From NCBI GenBank assembly GCA_963681965.1, contig OY820579.1, forward strand, positions 4,032,001 through 4,096,000: a stretch of 64,000 nucleotides of DNA. Direction: 5' to 3'. The number at the start of each line of letters is the position of its first letter. Position 1 is the stretch's first letter. Below, piece after piece: positions 8,178-16,885 of this stretch. A program made the translations under genes and the position numbers. Below the pieces are notes generated by a model. It ran no database searches. It saw only the letters and a program-made list of their open reading frames with translations, and had not been told where the DNA came from. Source of the DNA: a bacterium (GTDB taxonomy: Bacteria > Electryoneota > JAOADG01).

Positions 8178-9074
8178 TTATGCCTCCGCCATTGCTGGGA
8201 TGCGCTCAAGCGACCTCAACGGCATGAACATTCGTTGCATTCCCAATTCATGCGGGGTCGCGCCAAATGCGTGCCCGACGACCTGCGAGAAATATGCGAC
8301 TTCCATATCGACGTTTTCTTCGAATTCCTTCGCCATGACATTTTGGAAGCATTCGAGATTGAATTGGCACAATGGGCAGGCAGTGACGATGATATCTGCT
8401 CCGAGCATTTTCGCTTCGCGAAGAATGATGTAGCTGAGGCGCATACCCACTTCGCGAATGGTTCCGGTAAGTGAACCGCCGCAGCATCGTGCTTTCAGTT
8501 CCCAGTCGATCGTTTCGGCGCCAAGAGCCTGCATCAATTGATCCATCGTCTGAGGATTGTGCTGATTGTCGAATTCGGCATAGGGACGAACAATCTGGCA
8601 GCCGTAATAACACGCGACTTTCAACCCCTTCAAAGGTTTGACAACCTGCTTTTTGATAGCGTCGATACCGATATCGTTGATCAGGATGTCGAGTGGATGA
8701 CGAACTTTGACGGTATCGTGATATTCCATCTGCGCTGCGCCTAATGCGCCTTTGATCCGATTTCGGATTTCGGGATATTCCCGCATGTACTTCTGGGTTT
8801 TCTTCAGCACCAGATAGCAAGCATTGCACGGCGCCATCAGCTCCGGAGGCGTCGCACTGTCTTTATTTTGTTCTTCGCAGAGCGACAGGTTGCGGGCGGC
8901 GAGGGCAAATGCGCGCGATTCATCGACCGACATATACGAAGTCGCCCCGCAGCAATTCCAATCTTCCAATTCGGTGAGCGAAACCCCTAGTTTCTTGAAA
9001 ACCGTCAGAATCGACTCTTCGTAGACCCGACCGGAACTCTTCAACGAGCATCCCGGAAAATAGTTGTATTTCAT
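8178..9074 (-). CDS. hdrB: Heterodisulfide reductase subunit B
   Basis: YFPGCSL, WNCCGA, APCNAC, YYGCQ, CCGGS, ACPLCQFNL (two CCG domains). Confidence 0.92.
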   Translation of the reverse strand: MKYNYFPGCSLKSSGRVYEESILTVFKKLGVSLTELEDWNCCGATSYMSVDESRAFALAARNLSLCEEQNKDSATPPELMAPCNACYLVLKKTQKYMREYPEIRNRIKGALGAAQMEYHDTVKVRHPLDILINDIGIDAIKKQVVKPLKGLKVACYYGCQIVRPYAEFDNQHNPQTMDQLMQALGAETIDWELKARCCGGSLTGTIREVGMRLSYIILREAKMLGADIIVTACPLCQFNLECFQNVMAKEFEENVDMEVAYFSQVVGHAFGATPHELGMQRMFMPLRSLERIPAMAEA

Positions 9075-9778
9075 TTCACACCTTCTTCAATCAATCGCTT
9101 CGATTTGGCATCGAGGTGATTCACGGCTGCGAGGATTGTACGAAGATTGCCTTTCGTACCGGATTGCTGTTTGATTTTTTCCGGAGCAAATCCCATACGT
9201 CCCGTGCGCAACATTTTAATACCCAATCCCAACGACTTGAACATCGCGAACGGATTCGATTTCATCACCGCGATGCTGATCAACAATCCCTCGGTTGTTC
9301 GACCGTATTGCAATACTTGCGCAAAGAACTCTTCCGCAAGAATTGGAATCGGGAACCGCTTCTTGTACACCTTCTCTTGAATGGCTTTCTGCTTGATCGA
9401 GTACATGATGTCGGTGATTTTGATCTCGCGTGGGCACTCAACGGTGCAAGCATAGCAGGAGGCACAAAGCCAGGTGGTGTAGCTGGTAAGCACTTCGCCT
9501 TTGAATCCGGCGCGAACCATACCGATGATGCGACGCGGCGAGTATTCCATGTAACTACTGAGTGGACAAAGAGCACTGCAATTTCCGCATTGAATGCAGG
9601 AAAACAGTTTCTCGCCGCCCGGTAGTGACGCGATTTCGCGCCCGAAGTTCGGATCAACCTCGGCTTGATACTTTACTTTTTTCCAACCCTTCCATTCCAT
9701 ATTCGGAGCCTTCTTTGGAGCTGTTGAAGTGATTACTTGTATGGAACTCGATGATAATTCGTTCACAAAGTCGCGCAA
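9071..9778 (-). CDS. hdrC: Heterodisulfide reductase subunit C
   Basis: CIQCGNCSALCP and WLCASCYACTVECP. Start is either TTG at 9778 (after AGGGAGGT) or ATG at 9700. Confidence 0.88.
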   Translation of the reverse strand: MRDFVNELSSSSIQVITSTAPKKAPNMEWKGWKKVKYQAEVDPNFGREIASLPGGEKLFSCIQCGNCSALCPLSSYMEYSPRRIIGMVRAGFKGEVLTSYTTWLCASCYACTVECPREIKITDIMYSIKQKAIQEKVYKKRFPIPILAEEFFAQVLQYGRTTEGLLISIAVMKSNPFAMFKSLGLGIKMLRTGRMGFAPEKIKQQSGTKGNLRTILAAVNHLDAKSKRLIEEGVK

Positions 9779-9941
9779 ACGCACCTCCCTGGAACCGTCA
9801 TTACGGCTCATTGGAGCTAAACTGTCACGAGTACGAAATTGGATCGTAGGCGGACAAAACGCGAAGAGGCGGATTCGCAGGAGACTTAATGGAGAATATC
9901 TAGAGTCAGTCAAACAAGAGTATGATCGAATGACTGTAAAA

Positions 9942-9959
9942 ATGTGAACTGCTTCACAC
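9942..9959. promoter_or_regulatory. Rex-type (or CRP/FNR-type) operator upstream of hdr-mvh
   Basis: ATGTGAA-CTGC-TTCACAC, 12/14 match to TTGTGAA-N4-TTCACAA; overlaps a possible minus-strand TTCACA-18nt-CATACT promoter. Confidence 0.6.
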
Positions 9960-10281
9960 TCAAAGAACGATTCGTCTTCCGCGGATAAGATAACAAACCC
10001 AATTCATTAGGGCAAATCGAAGATAAATCATTAAATATCAAAATTCCTACATATGAATGCGTATATATTCAACGGATACACTCTTTTGGTCAGTTTGTGA
10101 ATAAGTATTGTAACTTGATGGTTTTTCTAATGATTCGAAATATTTGTCAGGTGTTTGCGGAATTTCTCTTGAGGAGTAACCTAGGTCTTTATAAAAAAAC
10201 GATTTTGTATTTTTGAGAGGATTGATAAGACGCTGAATTTCGATGGAGGAATCCAAAAATTCGCAATAAATACTCCGCGAA

Positions 10282-13200
10282 CTATTTCACAACCGCCATC
10301 TTCTTCAGTGCAGTGAACGTTCCACTCTCCAGCCGGTAGAAATACATCCCGCTCGACAATTTTCCGGCATCGAATCGGATAGAGTGATACCCTGCCGGTA
10401 AATTTGTTTTCACTAAAGTCTCAGCGGTACGTCCGAGGACGTCGAACACAGTCAATTTCGTAAAACCAGCTACGGGCAGATCAAACCTGATTTCGGTCAT
10501 GGGGTTGAATGGATTCGGAAAATTCTGATGTAAAGCATATTCGGTAGGAAGCGCTGGATTCGTTTCGACCGCCTCAGTCGTCACCGAAACCATGACGGGA
10601 AGCGTGAGTAAGTCCGGACAGGCATTGCTCCGCAGCTCGATACTCCCTACCAGATTGATTGGTGGAACGACCGCCTGATCGATTTTCGTACTAACGAGAA
10701 ACGTTGCGCTCTCGAGTGGATGAATGATTCCTTCCGGTGGATTGATACTTAACCAGGAATCCCAGCCGCCTCCGGTATGGGTTGTATCGTTGAACGATAT
10801 GGCATATTGATCGAGCATCAGCGGAAATGATGTATTGACACTGTAATAACATTGCAACACCCGGTCGAATTCGCCTAGCTCGCCTTGAATACCGATCGTC
10901 GCCGAGAGATGATCGATGTCGACGTGCCGGTAGACGAAAACAATCGCGTTGTTGTCCCCGTGGAGCTGTACTTGAAAATCGACGGAATCGGATCGAACCG
11001 CGGCAAGAACGCCACGCCACTGGACGTAATAAATATTCTCACCGGCATCGTAGTGGTTATAGACCGCAGTATTCAATACCGAATGGAGCACAAAGACACC
11101 ATTGGTAATCAATATATTCGGCAAAGCGACTGGCGTTCGAGAAGTCGATCCATTTGTAACAAATTGAATAAATCCGTTGGTCGATACCCACAATCGCTGA
11201 ACGCGCTGACCGTAATATCGAAAACTGAAATCATAAATTGGCAGCACGGTGCCGTTATCGAATCCATTCACCGAATTGATGCCGAAGTTACTGATATCGC
11301 GAAATCGTAAGAAATTCGGCCACTCCGGCGAGGTGTTATCCATCGCGATATACCCATACCCATCGGGACCCCAAACACGATTAAGTTCATCGATGCTGCT
11401 GGATCGCGGTTTAGGCAGAGCAGTACGGCTCGCATTTTCAAATCGCGATTTCTTTGGTGCTGTTTGTTGAATAAGAGTAGTCAATTCATCGGCAATTGTT
11501 CTAACAACAGCGTTTCCACTACGATGAGAATCAGAATTTCGCAATAAATCGGTGCCGGTGGTCGCCTTTCCGCGCCAGTACAGTTCTGCATTGCCGGTAT
11601 TGAAAATCGTAACGGAAGTGGAGCGGGTTTCACCAGGGGAACTCGCCAATTCGAGCGAACTGGTGTTAAGCGAAATTGTAGGCCGACTAGCCCAGAAATT
11701 TACATTACAAATCTGCCCCGAATCGACAGCGATGCGAATCGAATCGGTTCGATAACAGCTTTTCATAAATAAGATCGTATGGTTACCCGACCGCACGCGG
11801 AGTTCGTAATGTCCCGATTCGTCGGTTGTGTCGGTTTGTCGATCAATGGTGATCAATGCTCCGGTAACAGGAGCGGAAGCACTGGTCGTATCGACTACCA
11901 ATCCTCGAACGATGCCAAAGGAAACTCCTCGAAATATTCCTTCATCGGCACCGATATCGCAATTTGGTGTGCTACGAGCGCTGCCGTCGAAATCGATCGA
12001 TACTTGCGGATGCGAGGGTGCGCCTTGTTCTACTGCAGTCGAGATCGTTGAATCAAGATGTAGATCGGTGCTCGATAAAAACGGCACAGGTTCCGATCGG
12101 GATAACTGATCGCGGGGTATCCAGCGCGGAGAAGAGATCAGATCGGATAGCGAATTGTAGCTCAAATCGCCGAGGAATCCGAGATAACAATTGTCGAATA
12201 TATCGTCATTAAGTACGGAAAGTAAATTGTAATCGCTGAAAATGGACCGGTTCGGATTCGAGATTCCGAGCGCAACATGTACTGAGTTCGGACCGGAATT
12301 TCCCCTGCGATTGTTAACCAGAATATTGCCCCAGAGTGTGTCGGTTCCGAGGTTGGCATTGCCGCGAAATGCGTAGCTGCTGCTGTTCAACGCTGTGCCT
12401 TGTAGCCGCACGGAATTGAACAAGAAGCGATTGCCGCCACTCGCCGATGTTTCGAGCAAACCACTGATCGTACCAACGCTATTCGACCCTAAGTCGATCA
12501 TGTTGTTGGCAAAGCGATTCATCGAACCGGCACAGCGAATTCCCACTACGGAAGCATTACCGCTGGAATAAAATTGACCGATGTAATTTCGGTCGAAGGT
12601 CGAGTGATTGATATCGTTTAGTAAACTGATTCCGGTCTGAGTAAATCCAAAGGAGACACCCGTTTGATAAATGCGATTGCGACTTACATCGAGGTTGGTT
12701 CCATAACTTAACGCAATCCCAAAACTGCCGAAATCGACTATTTCGCAATTGCGAATCGTCGTTTCATTGATTGGTTGTAACGCTGTTCCGCAATGATAGA
12801 TCCCGTAATTCCCGCCATGCAATTCGCACTGCTCGATCCGATTATCAGACAATGCCAGCGACGATCCACCAGTCGGATTTCCGAATCGGATGCAAGCAGC
12901 AGAATTATCCGATTGTTGAGTCAGATTGATTCGTAGATTCCGGATCGTGTTGTGACTGGCGCGATCGGCGAACCAGATTCCCGATATTGCTTGCGGGGCT
13001 TCGAGGAGAATATGACGGTTACTATCATTCGGGAACCAACTGCCATCGAATTCAACAAATTCCGATCGTAACGTTATCGCTGCCGAATCGCTGCCGAGAT
13101 GTGTATTGACGATCTGTACCGTAGCACCGGAATCAACCCGGAAGATGGCACGACGATTTTCCGAGAGGCGTGCCGCGATTGTCATTTCCGGTTCCGAATA

Positions 13201-16173
13201 GACCCCATTGCGAAGCAGGAAGATCACTCCTCCATCGGCAACAGCGATGGCATTCAATGCGGTAATCGCATCGGATATCGTATTGAAATCGGGAGTGGAT
13301 CCACCAATTGTGTAACTGCCACTCAGTTGGGATGAAACATAGAATGAATAACGATTTGCCGGTGGTTGTGTGCCGGGTGGATTGAAACCCGATCCCCCTT
13401 CCGGAAGCGTGATGCTATTTCCCGAGCTGTCTTGTGCTGCAAGATAGTATTCCACAAGGAATCGCATCGGAAACGCCGGGAAGGTGAAATAGAACAGTGA
13501 ATCGGATTGCACCGAATCGGATAAGAGACTCTCCCAAACGAGCTGCGGCAAAATTCGATAGAAGACGCGGGGGCTTGCATTACCGCCTGCTACACCGACA
13601 TTGTCATAGATCACAGCCTGAAATGATCGCGGTTGCGATACGTACCAAGTGGTTAGTGGCTGAAACAAAATATGTGGTGGAGTATGATCGGCAACACTGG
13701 TGAAAATACCCTCGTCGGCGCCGAGATCGGGGTGAAAACGATTGCGAAGATCACCATCGAAATCGGTCGTTATCGATTCGATTGATAGCGCTGCTCCTTC
13801 GACTACTGTTGGCAGTGAAGGATCGATATGTAAATCCGACACACCAGCGAAATGTGGTGGCGTGGAATACGAATTGGCATCCCACCGGTACGCAGTCGAT
13901 CGGTGTAAATCGCTGAGTGTATTGTAATTCACACTATTGTACCGCACGGCAAATCGGTTGTCGGAAGCCGACGTATCAACCGAAGTGAGTAAATTGTAGT
14001 TGCAATATGTGGTCGGAGCAAAGGAATAGCAGCTCATCGCAGTATGATATTGCGCGGCAGCTCCACCGGTACGTTCATTCACCAGAATATTGTTGGCGAT
14101 ACTATCGGAACTCGATCCGGAGATATACAGTGCCGCCGAAACTGCCGATGCCAGCGTGGTGCTGCCACCGATCCGAACCGTATTGTACCAGACATTGGTT
14201 CGATCAATTCCTAGATAGATTCCATAGACATTGCCACCGCCCGGCGAATCGAGGCAAATCATGTTATTCGAAATCGTTTTACCGACTCCGTTGAACGAGT
14301 AAATTCCGTAATACGAACCCGACTGACTCCCCTGAAAACCGTAGATCCAATTCGCATCGATCATCGTAGTACTCGGCAGATACGACGTGTACGATATGCC
14401 GGTTAAACCAGTATTCGCCGCAGTAATTCGATAGATCTGATTGTGGTGAATTGTAAAGTTGGTTCCGGATCGAATATTAATACCGGTATTCTCGAAATTC
14501 ACAATTTCATTGTCGGCAATCACCCAGCGATCCGGTTCAATTCCCGGTCCTGCCGATGTGCAATTGATGTCGATTCCAGTTGCGACATTCCGAATCGAAC
14601 AGTGTTGAATTGTACACCGATCCGATACTTGATGCAGTGGCGACGACGTAGTGTACGTTGCCTTCACACCCGCACTGGAGGCACCTGCAGCAGAAATGAT
14701 CAAATTGGCTAGCGTGATCTCGCTACAGCCGTTGGCGATGAGAAAACTACTTGTTGCTTGAGCCGACTGCGCATTCACTTGCATGAAACGACGTCCGGGT
14801 GCTTCGATGCGGCTGCCATCGAACCGGATGTGATGAACGCCGCTGAATTTGAATCCGTAAGGTTCCGCAGTCGTGCACTGTTTATTGATCACAACCAGCG
14901 TGCTGTCGGCGGGACGGAAGACAACTGGCGCCGTTTCCGAAGCATGGATACCGCTTGCAAACGAATCGGGAGGTTCAGTATAAGTTCCACCTCGGATCAA
15001 GAATTCAACTCCCGTTCGCGTTCCTTCTCGATTCAGTGCGGTGATTGCGGCATGCAGCGAGGGATAGTCGCCATTTACGCCACCGATGGTGCGTGTTCCA
15101 TTGATGCCATCGGATACCGTTTGAAACGACCAGACCGGATTCGCAATGCTATTCCCGATATCATCGCGACTGACAATCCGCCAATAGTAGCTCGTGTTCG
15201 TTATCAACTCAGTTGGCACCGTCCAAAACGTGTCGGTTAGTGCAGAAACGACACAGACAGAAGGATCCAATCCGGCAACCAGCGAGGAATCGGTTGAGAA
15301 GTATACCGCGCAGGTTTGTGTACAGGATCCATTCGACCAGCGCAGCACGGGAGTCGTCGAAACCAATGTCGAGCCAGATTCCGGGACGGGTGTCGTCGAC
15401 AGATAACACGGTTGCGAGATCTTCACGACATAGTGTTCGGCAACACTCACATCCCGAATCGCAATCGAATGCGATCCATCGAAATTCTGCATCCCGATGG
15501 TGGTGATCGGCAGCGTGCCGGACAAATCGCGGTATTGAATGATAATACTGCCATCCGGAGTGAGTATCAGTTGGGTTGAAAAAGTCGTGCGATTCAGCGT
15601 CGATGTATCGCCGATACTATCGATCGTGAGCACAAATCGCGCAGGATTTTCGAGATTCTCGCAGTGAATGACTGTCGAATTTTCGACTAATTGGAGGTCA
15701 TTCGATTGGAAGAGGATGCAGCTTCCGAAATTTCCATCGGGAAAGTTGCTATTGAATGGACTTGATGAACCGGCATCGAAGGTCAGATACCCATTGGTTC
15801 CGATATAACATTGCGAATAGAGCGACCCGTAGAGTGGAAAGGAAAAGCCGATACTGATTGGTCCGGTAAAGCCATCATTCCGGTTTGGCGAGAATACCGA
15901 TTGCGGAATGGTCTGCGCATTTGTACCCGGTTCGATCCATTGAAACGCTGGTCCATAGGGTTCGTGCGAATCCTGTAGCAGATAACCAAAGGAATCCGGA
16001 CCGGCAAATTGCATGATCGAATTTCCGGGATCCAGCGGCGGACGTGATTGATCGTATTGGGATGAAAATGGGGTAAGAGAAGCGTTGAGAGAGTGGGCTA
16101 ATGACGCTGAAAGCGAATGAGATATTACTCCTAATAGTAAGATTAGTAAAAACTTGAACCGATTCCAGTACAT
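10282..16173 (-). CDS. Very large secreted/surface protein with two beta-helix-like blocks, Ig-like modules and a T9SS-type-A-like tail
   Basis: Signal peptide MYWNRFKFLLILLLG after GAGG (the ORF track starts at 16194); GPDSFGY and WGPDGYGY modules; two TIGG...F.IR.G.Y.EP...DFDG..R...PD.GADE blocks; LHQNFPNPFNP tail. Confidence 0.8.
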   Translation of the reverse strand: MYWNRFKFLLILLLGVISHSLSASLAHSLNASLTPFSSQYDQSRPPLDPGNSIMQFAGPDSFGYLLQDSHEPYGPAFQWIEPGTNAQTIPQSVFSPNRNDGFTGPISIGFSFPLYGSLYSQCYIGTNGYLTFDAGSSSPFNSNFPDGNFGSCILFQSNDLQLVENSTVIHCENLENPARFVLTIDSIGDTSTLNRTTFSTQLILTPDGSIIIQYRDLSGTLPITTIGMQNFDGSHSIAIRDVSVAEHYVVKISQPCYLSTTPVPESGSTLVSTTPVLRWSNGSCTQTCAVYFSTDSSLVAGLDPSVCVVSALTDTFWTVPTELITNTSYYWRIVSRDDIGNSIANPVWSFQTVSDGINGTRTIGGVNGDYPSLHAAITALNREGTRTGVEFLIRGGTYTEPPDSFASGIHASETAPVVFRPADSTLVVINKQCTTAEPYGFKFSGVHHIRFDGSRIEAPGRRFMQVNAQSAQATSSFLIANGCSEITLANLIISAAGASSAGVKATYTTSSPLHQVSDRCTIQHCSIRNVATGIDINCTSAGPGIEPDRWVIADNEIVNFENTGINIRSGTNFTIHHNQIYRITAANTGLTGISYTSYLPSTTMIDANWIYGFQGSQSGSYYGIYSFNGVGKTISNNMICLDSPGGGNVYGIYLGIDRTNVWYNTVRIGGSTTLASAVSAALYISGSSSDSIANNILVNERTGGAAAQYHTAMSCYSFAPTTYCNYNLLTSVDTSASDNRFAVRYNSVNYNTLSDLHRSTAYRWDANSYSTPPHFAGVSDLHIDPSLPTVVEGAALSIESITTDFDGDLRNRFHPDLGADEGIFTSVADHTPPHILFQPLTTWYVSQPRSFQAVIYDNVGVAGGNASPRVFYRILPQLVWESLLSDSVQSDSLFYFTFPAFPMRFLVEYYLAAQDSSGNSITLPEGGSGFNPPGTQPPANRYSFYVSSQLSGSYTIGGSTPDFNTISDAITALNAIAVADGGVIFLLRNGVYSEPEMTIAARLSENRRAIFRVDSGATVQIVNTHLGSDSAAITLRSEFVEFDGSWFPNDSNRHILLEAPQAISGIWFADRASHNTIRNLRINLTQQSDNSAACIRFGNPTGGSSLALSDNRIEQCELHGGNYGIYHCGTALQPINETTIRNCEIVDFGSFGIALSYGTNLDVSRNRIYQTGVSFGFTQTGISLLNDINHSTFDRNYIGQFYSSGNASVVGIRCAGSMNRFANNMIDLGSNSVGTISGLLETSASGGNRFLFNSVRLQGTALNSSSYAFRGNANLGTDTLWGNILVNNRRGNSGPNSVHVALGISNPNRSIFSDYNLLSVLNDDIFDNCYLGFLGDLSYNSLSDLISSPRWIPRDQLSRSEPVPFLSSTDLHLDSTISTAVEQGAPSHPQVSIDFDGSARSTPNCDIGADEGIFRGVSFGIVRGLVVDTTSASAPVTGALITIDRQTDTTDESGHYELRVRSGNHTILFMKSCYRTDSIRIAVDSGQICNVNFWASRPTISLNTSSLELASSPGETRSTSVTIFNTGNAELYWRGKATTGTDLLRNSDSHRSGNAVVRTIADELTTLIQQTAPKKSRFENASRTALPKPRSSSIDELNRVWGPDGYGYIAMDNTSPEWPNFLRFRDISNFGINSVNGFDNGTVLPIYDFSFRYYGQRVQRLWVSTNGFIQFVTNGSTSRTPVALPNILITNGVFVLHSVLNTAVYNHYDAGENIYYVQWRGVLAAVRSDSVDFQVQLHGDNNAIVFVYRHVDIDHLSATIGIQGELGEFDRVLQCYYSVNTSFPLMLDQYAISFNDTTHTGGGWDSWLSINPPEGIIHPLESATFLVSTKIDQAVVPPINLVGSIELRSNACPDLLTLPVMVSVTTEAVETNPALPTEYALHQNFPNPFNPMTEIRFDLPVAGFTKLTVFDVLGRTAETLVKTNLPAGYHSIRFDAGKLSSGMYFYRLESGTFTALKKMAVVK

Positions 16174-16628
16174 CGCGCCATCCTCAAGCATCATTGAAAT
16201 ATACTAGCGAACCGGGCAGGTTTCCAGAGGAAGTCGAGAAATTTCGAAATTATTATCTTTATTGAATGTACGTTGATGTCACAGAACGGTGTTCCCTTCA
16301 ATCACGCACAATTTACCTGAAGCAAGTATCAAAGGTTGGTCATTCAAGTATCATAGATGTTCGATTTTACCGCAACAACACAATTCGTCGCAATTGCGTT
16401 GCGTTGGTTTGTTGGATGACCAGAAAGTAAATACCCGATGAAACAGGGATACCATCCGTACTACAGCCATCCCAGTGGATCTTAGTACTGCCGATTCGCT
16501 TCGGGATGGAAATGGGTTTCGATACGCCATGGCTTGGTCTCGGGAATTCGTACTCATCAATTTACCGACTAAGTATTATCAATCCCACTGAAATTTGGGA
16601 ATAAATAAATTTTCTACTAATACGCTGC

Positions 16629-16830
16629 GTAGGCGAACCGCGAAATGCTCGCCGAAGGCAATCTCCGCTTGTGTCTTGGATTCTTTTAAAAGCGAAGATT
16701 ACCTTCGGTGAGCCCTTCGGGGTTGCTTCGTCACTTTGCCCGCACAAGGTTGCGGGCGTCGTTCCTCGCAAAGACAAATCAAGATTCAAGATAAAAGATT
16801 CAAGAACGGGGGCATGCGGGGATGCCCCCA
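16629..16830. repeat. Cluster of intergenic palindromic repeats plus heptamer repeats
   Basis: TGCTCGCCGAAGGCAATC, GTTGCTTCGTCAC...GTCGTTCCTCGCAAAGACA, CAAGATT/CAAGATA/AAAGATT/CAAGAAC, GGGGCAT..ATGCCCC. Confidence 0.6.
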
Positions 16831-16834
16831 AATG

Positions 16835-16857
16835 AAAAAGGGCTACCGAAGCAGCCC
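16835..16857 (-). terminator. Intrinsic terminator after lysS
   Basis: Minus strand GGGCTGC-TTCG-GTAGCCC followed by TTTTT. Confidence 0.65.
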
Positions 16858-16885
16858 ATTCTCTTACGAATACTTGTAGAATACT

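Noticed and set aside
9751-9768. Second Rex-like site (ATGATAA-TTCG-TTCACAA)
   Set aside because: The left half is weak and it probably lies within hdrC if the TTG at 9778 is the start.
3213-9778. Selenocysteine in Hdr/Mvh subunits
   Set aside because: All frames are uninterrupted, with Cys at the relevant motifs.
16330-16560. Possible riboswitch or small ORF upstream of the 1970-aa gene
   Set aside because: Only a short CCATCCC/GGGATGG pairing; no recognisable aptamer or convincing ORF.
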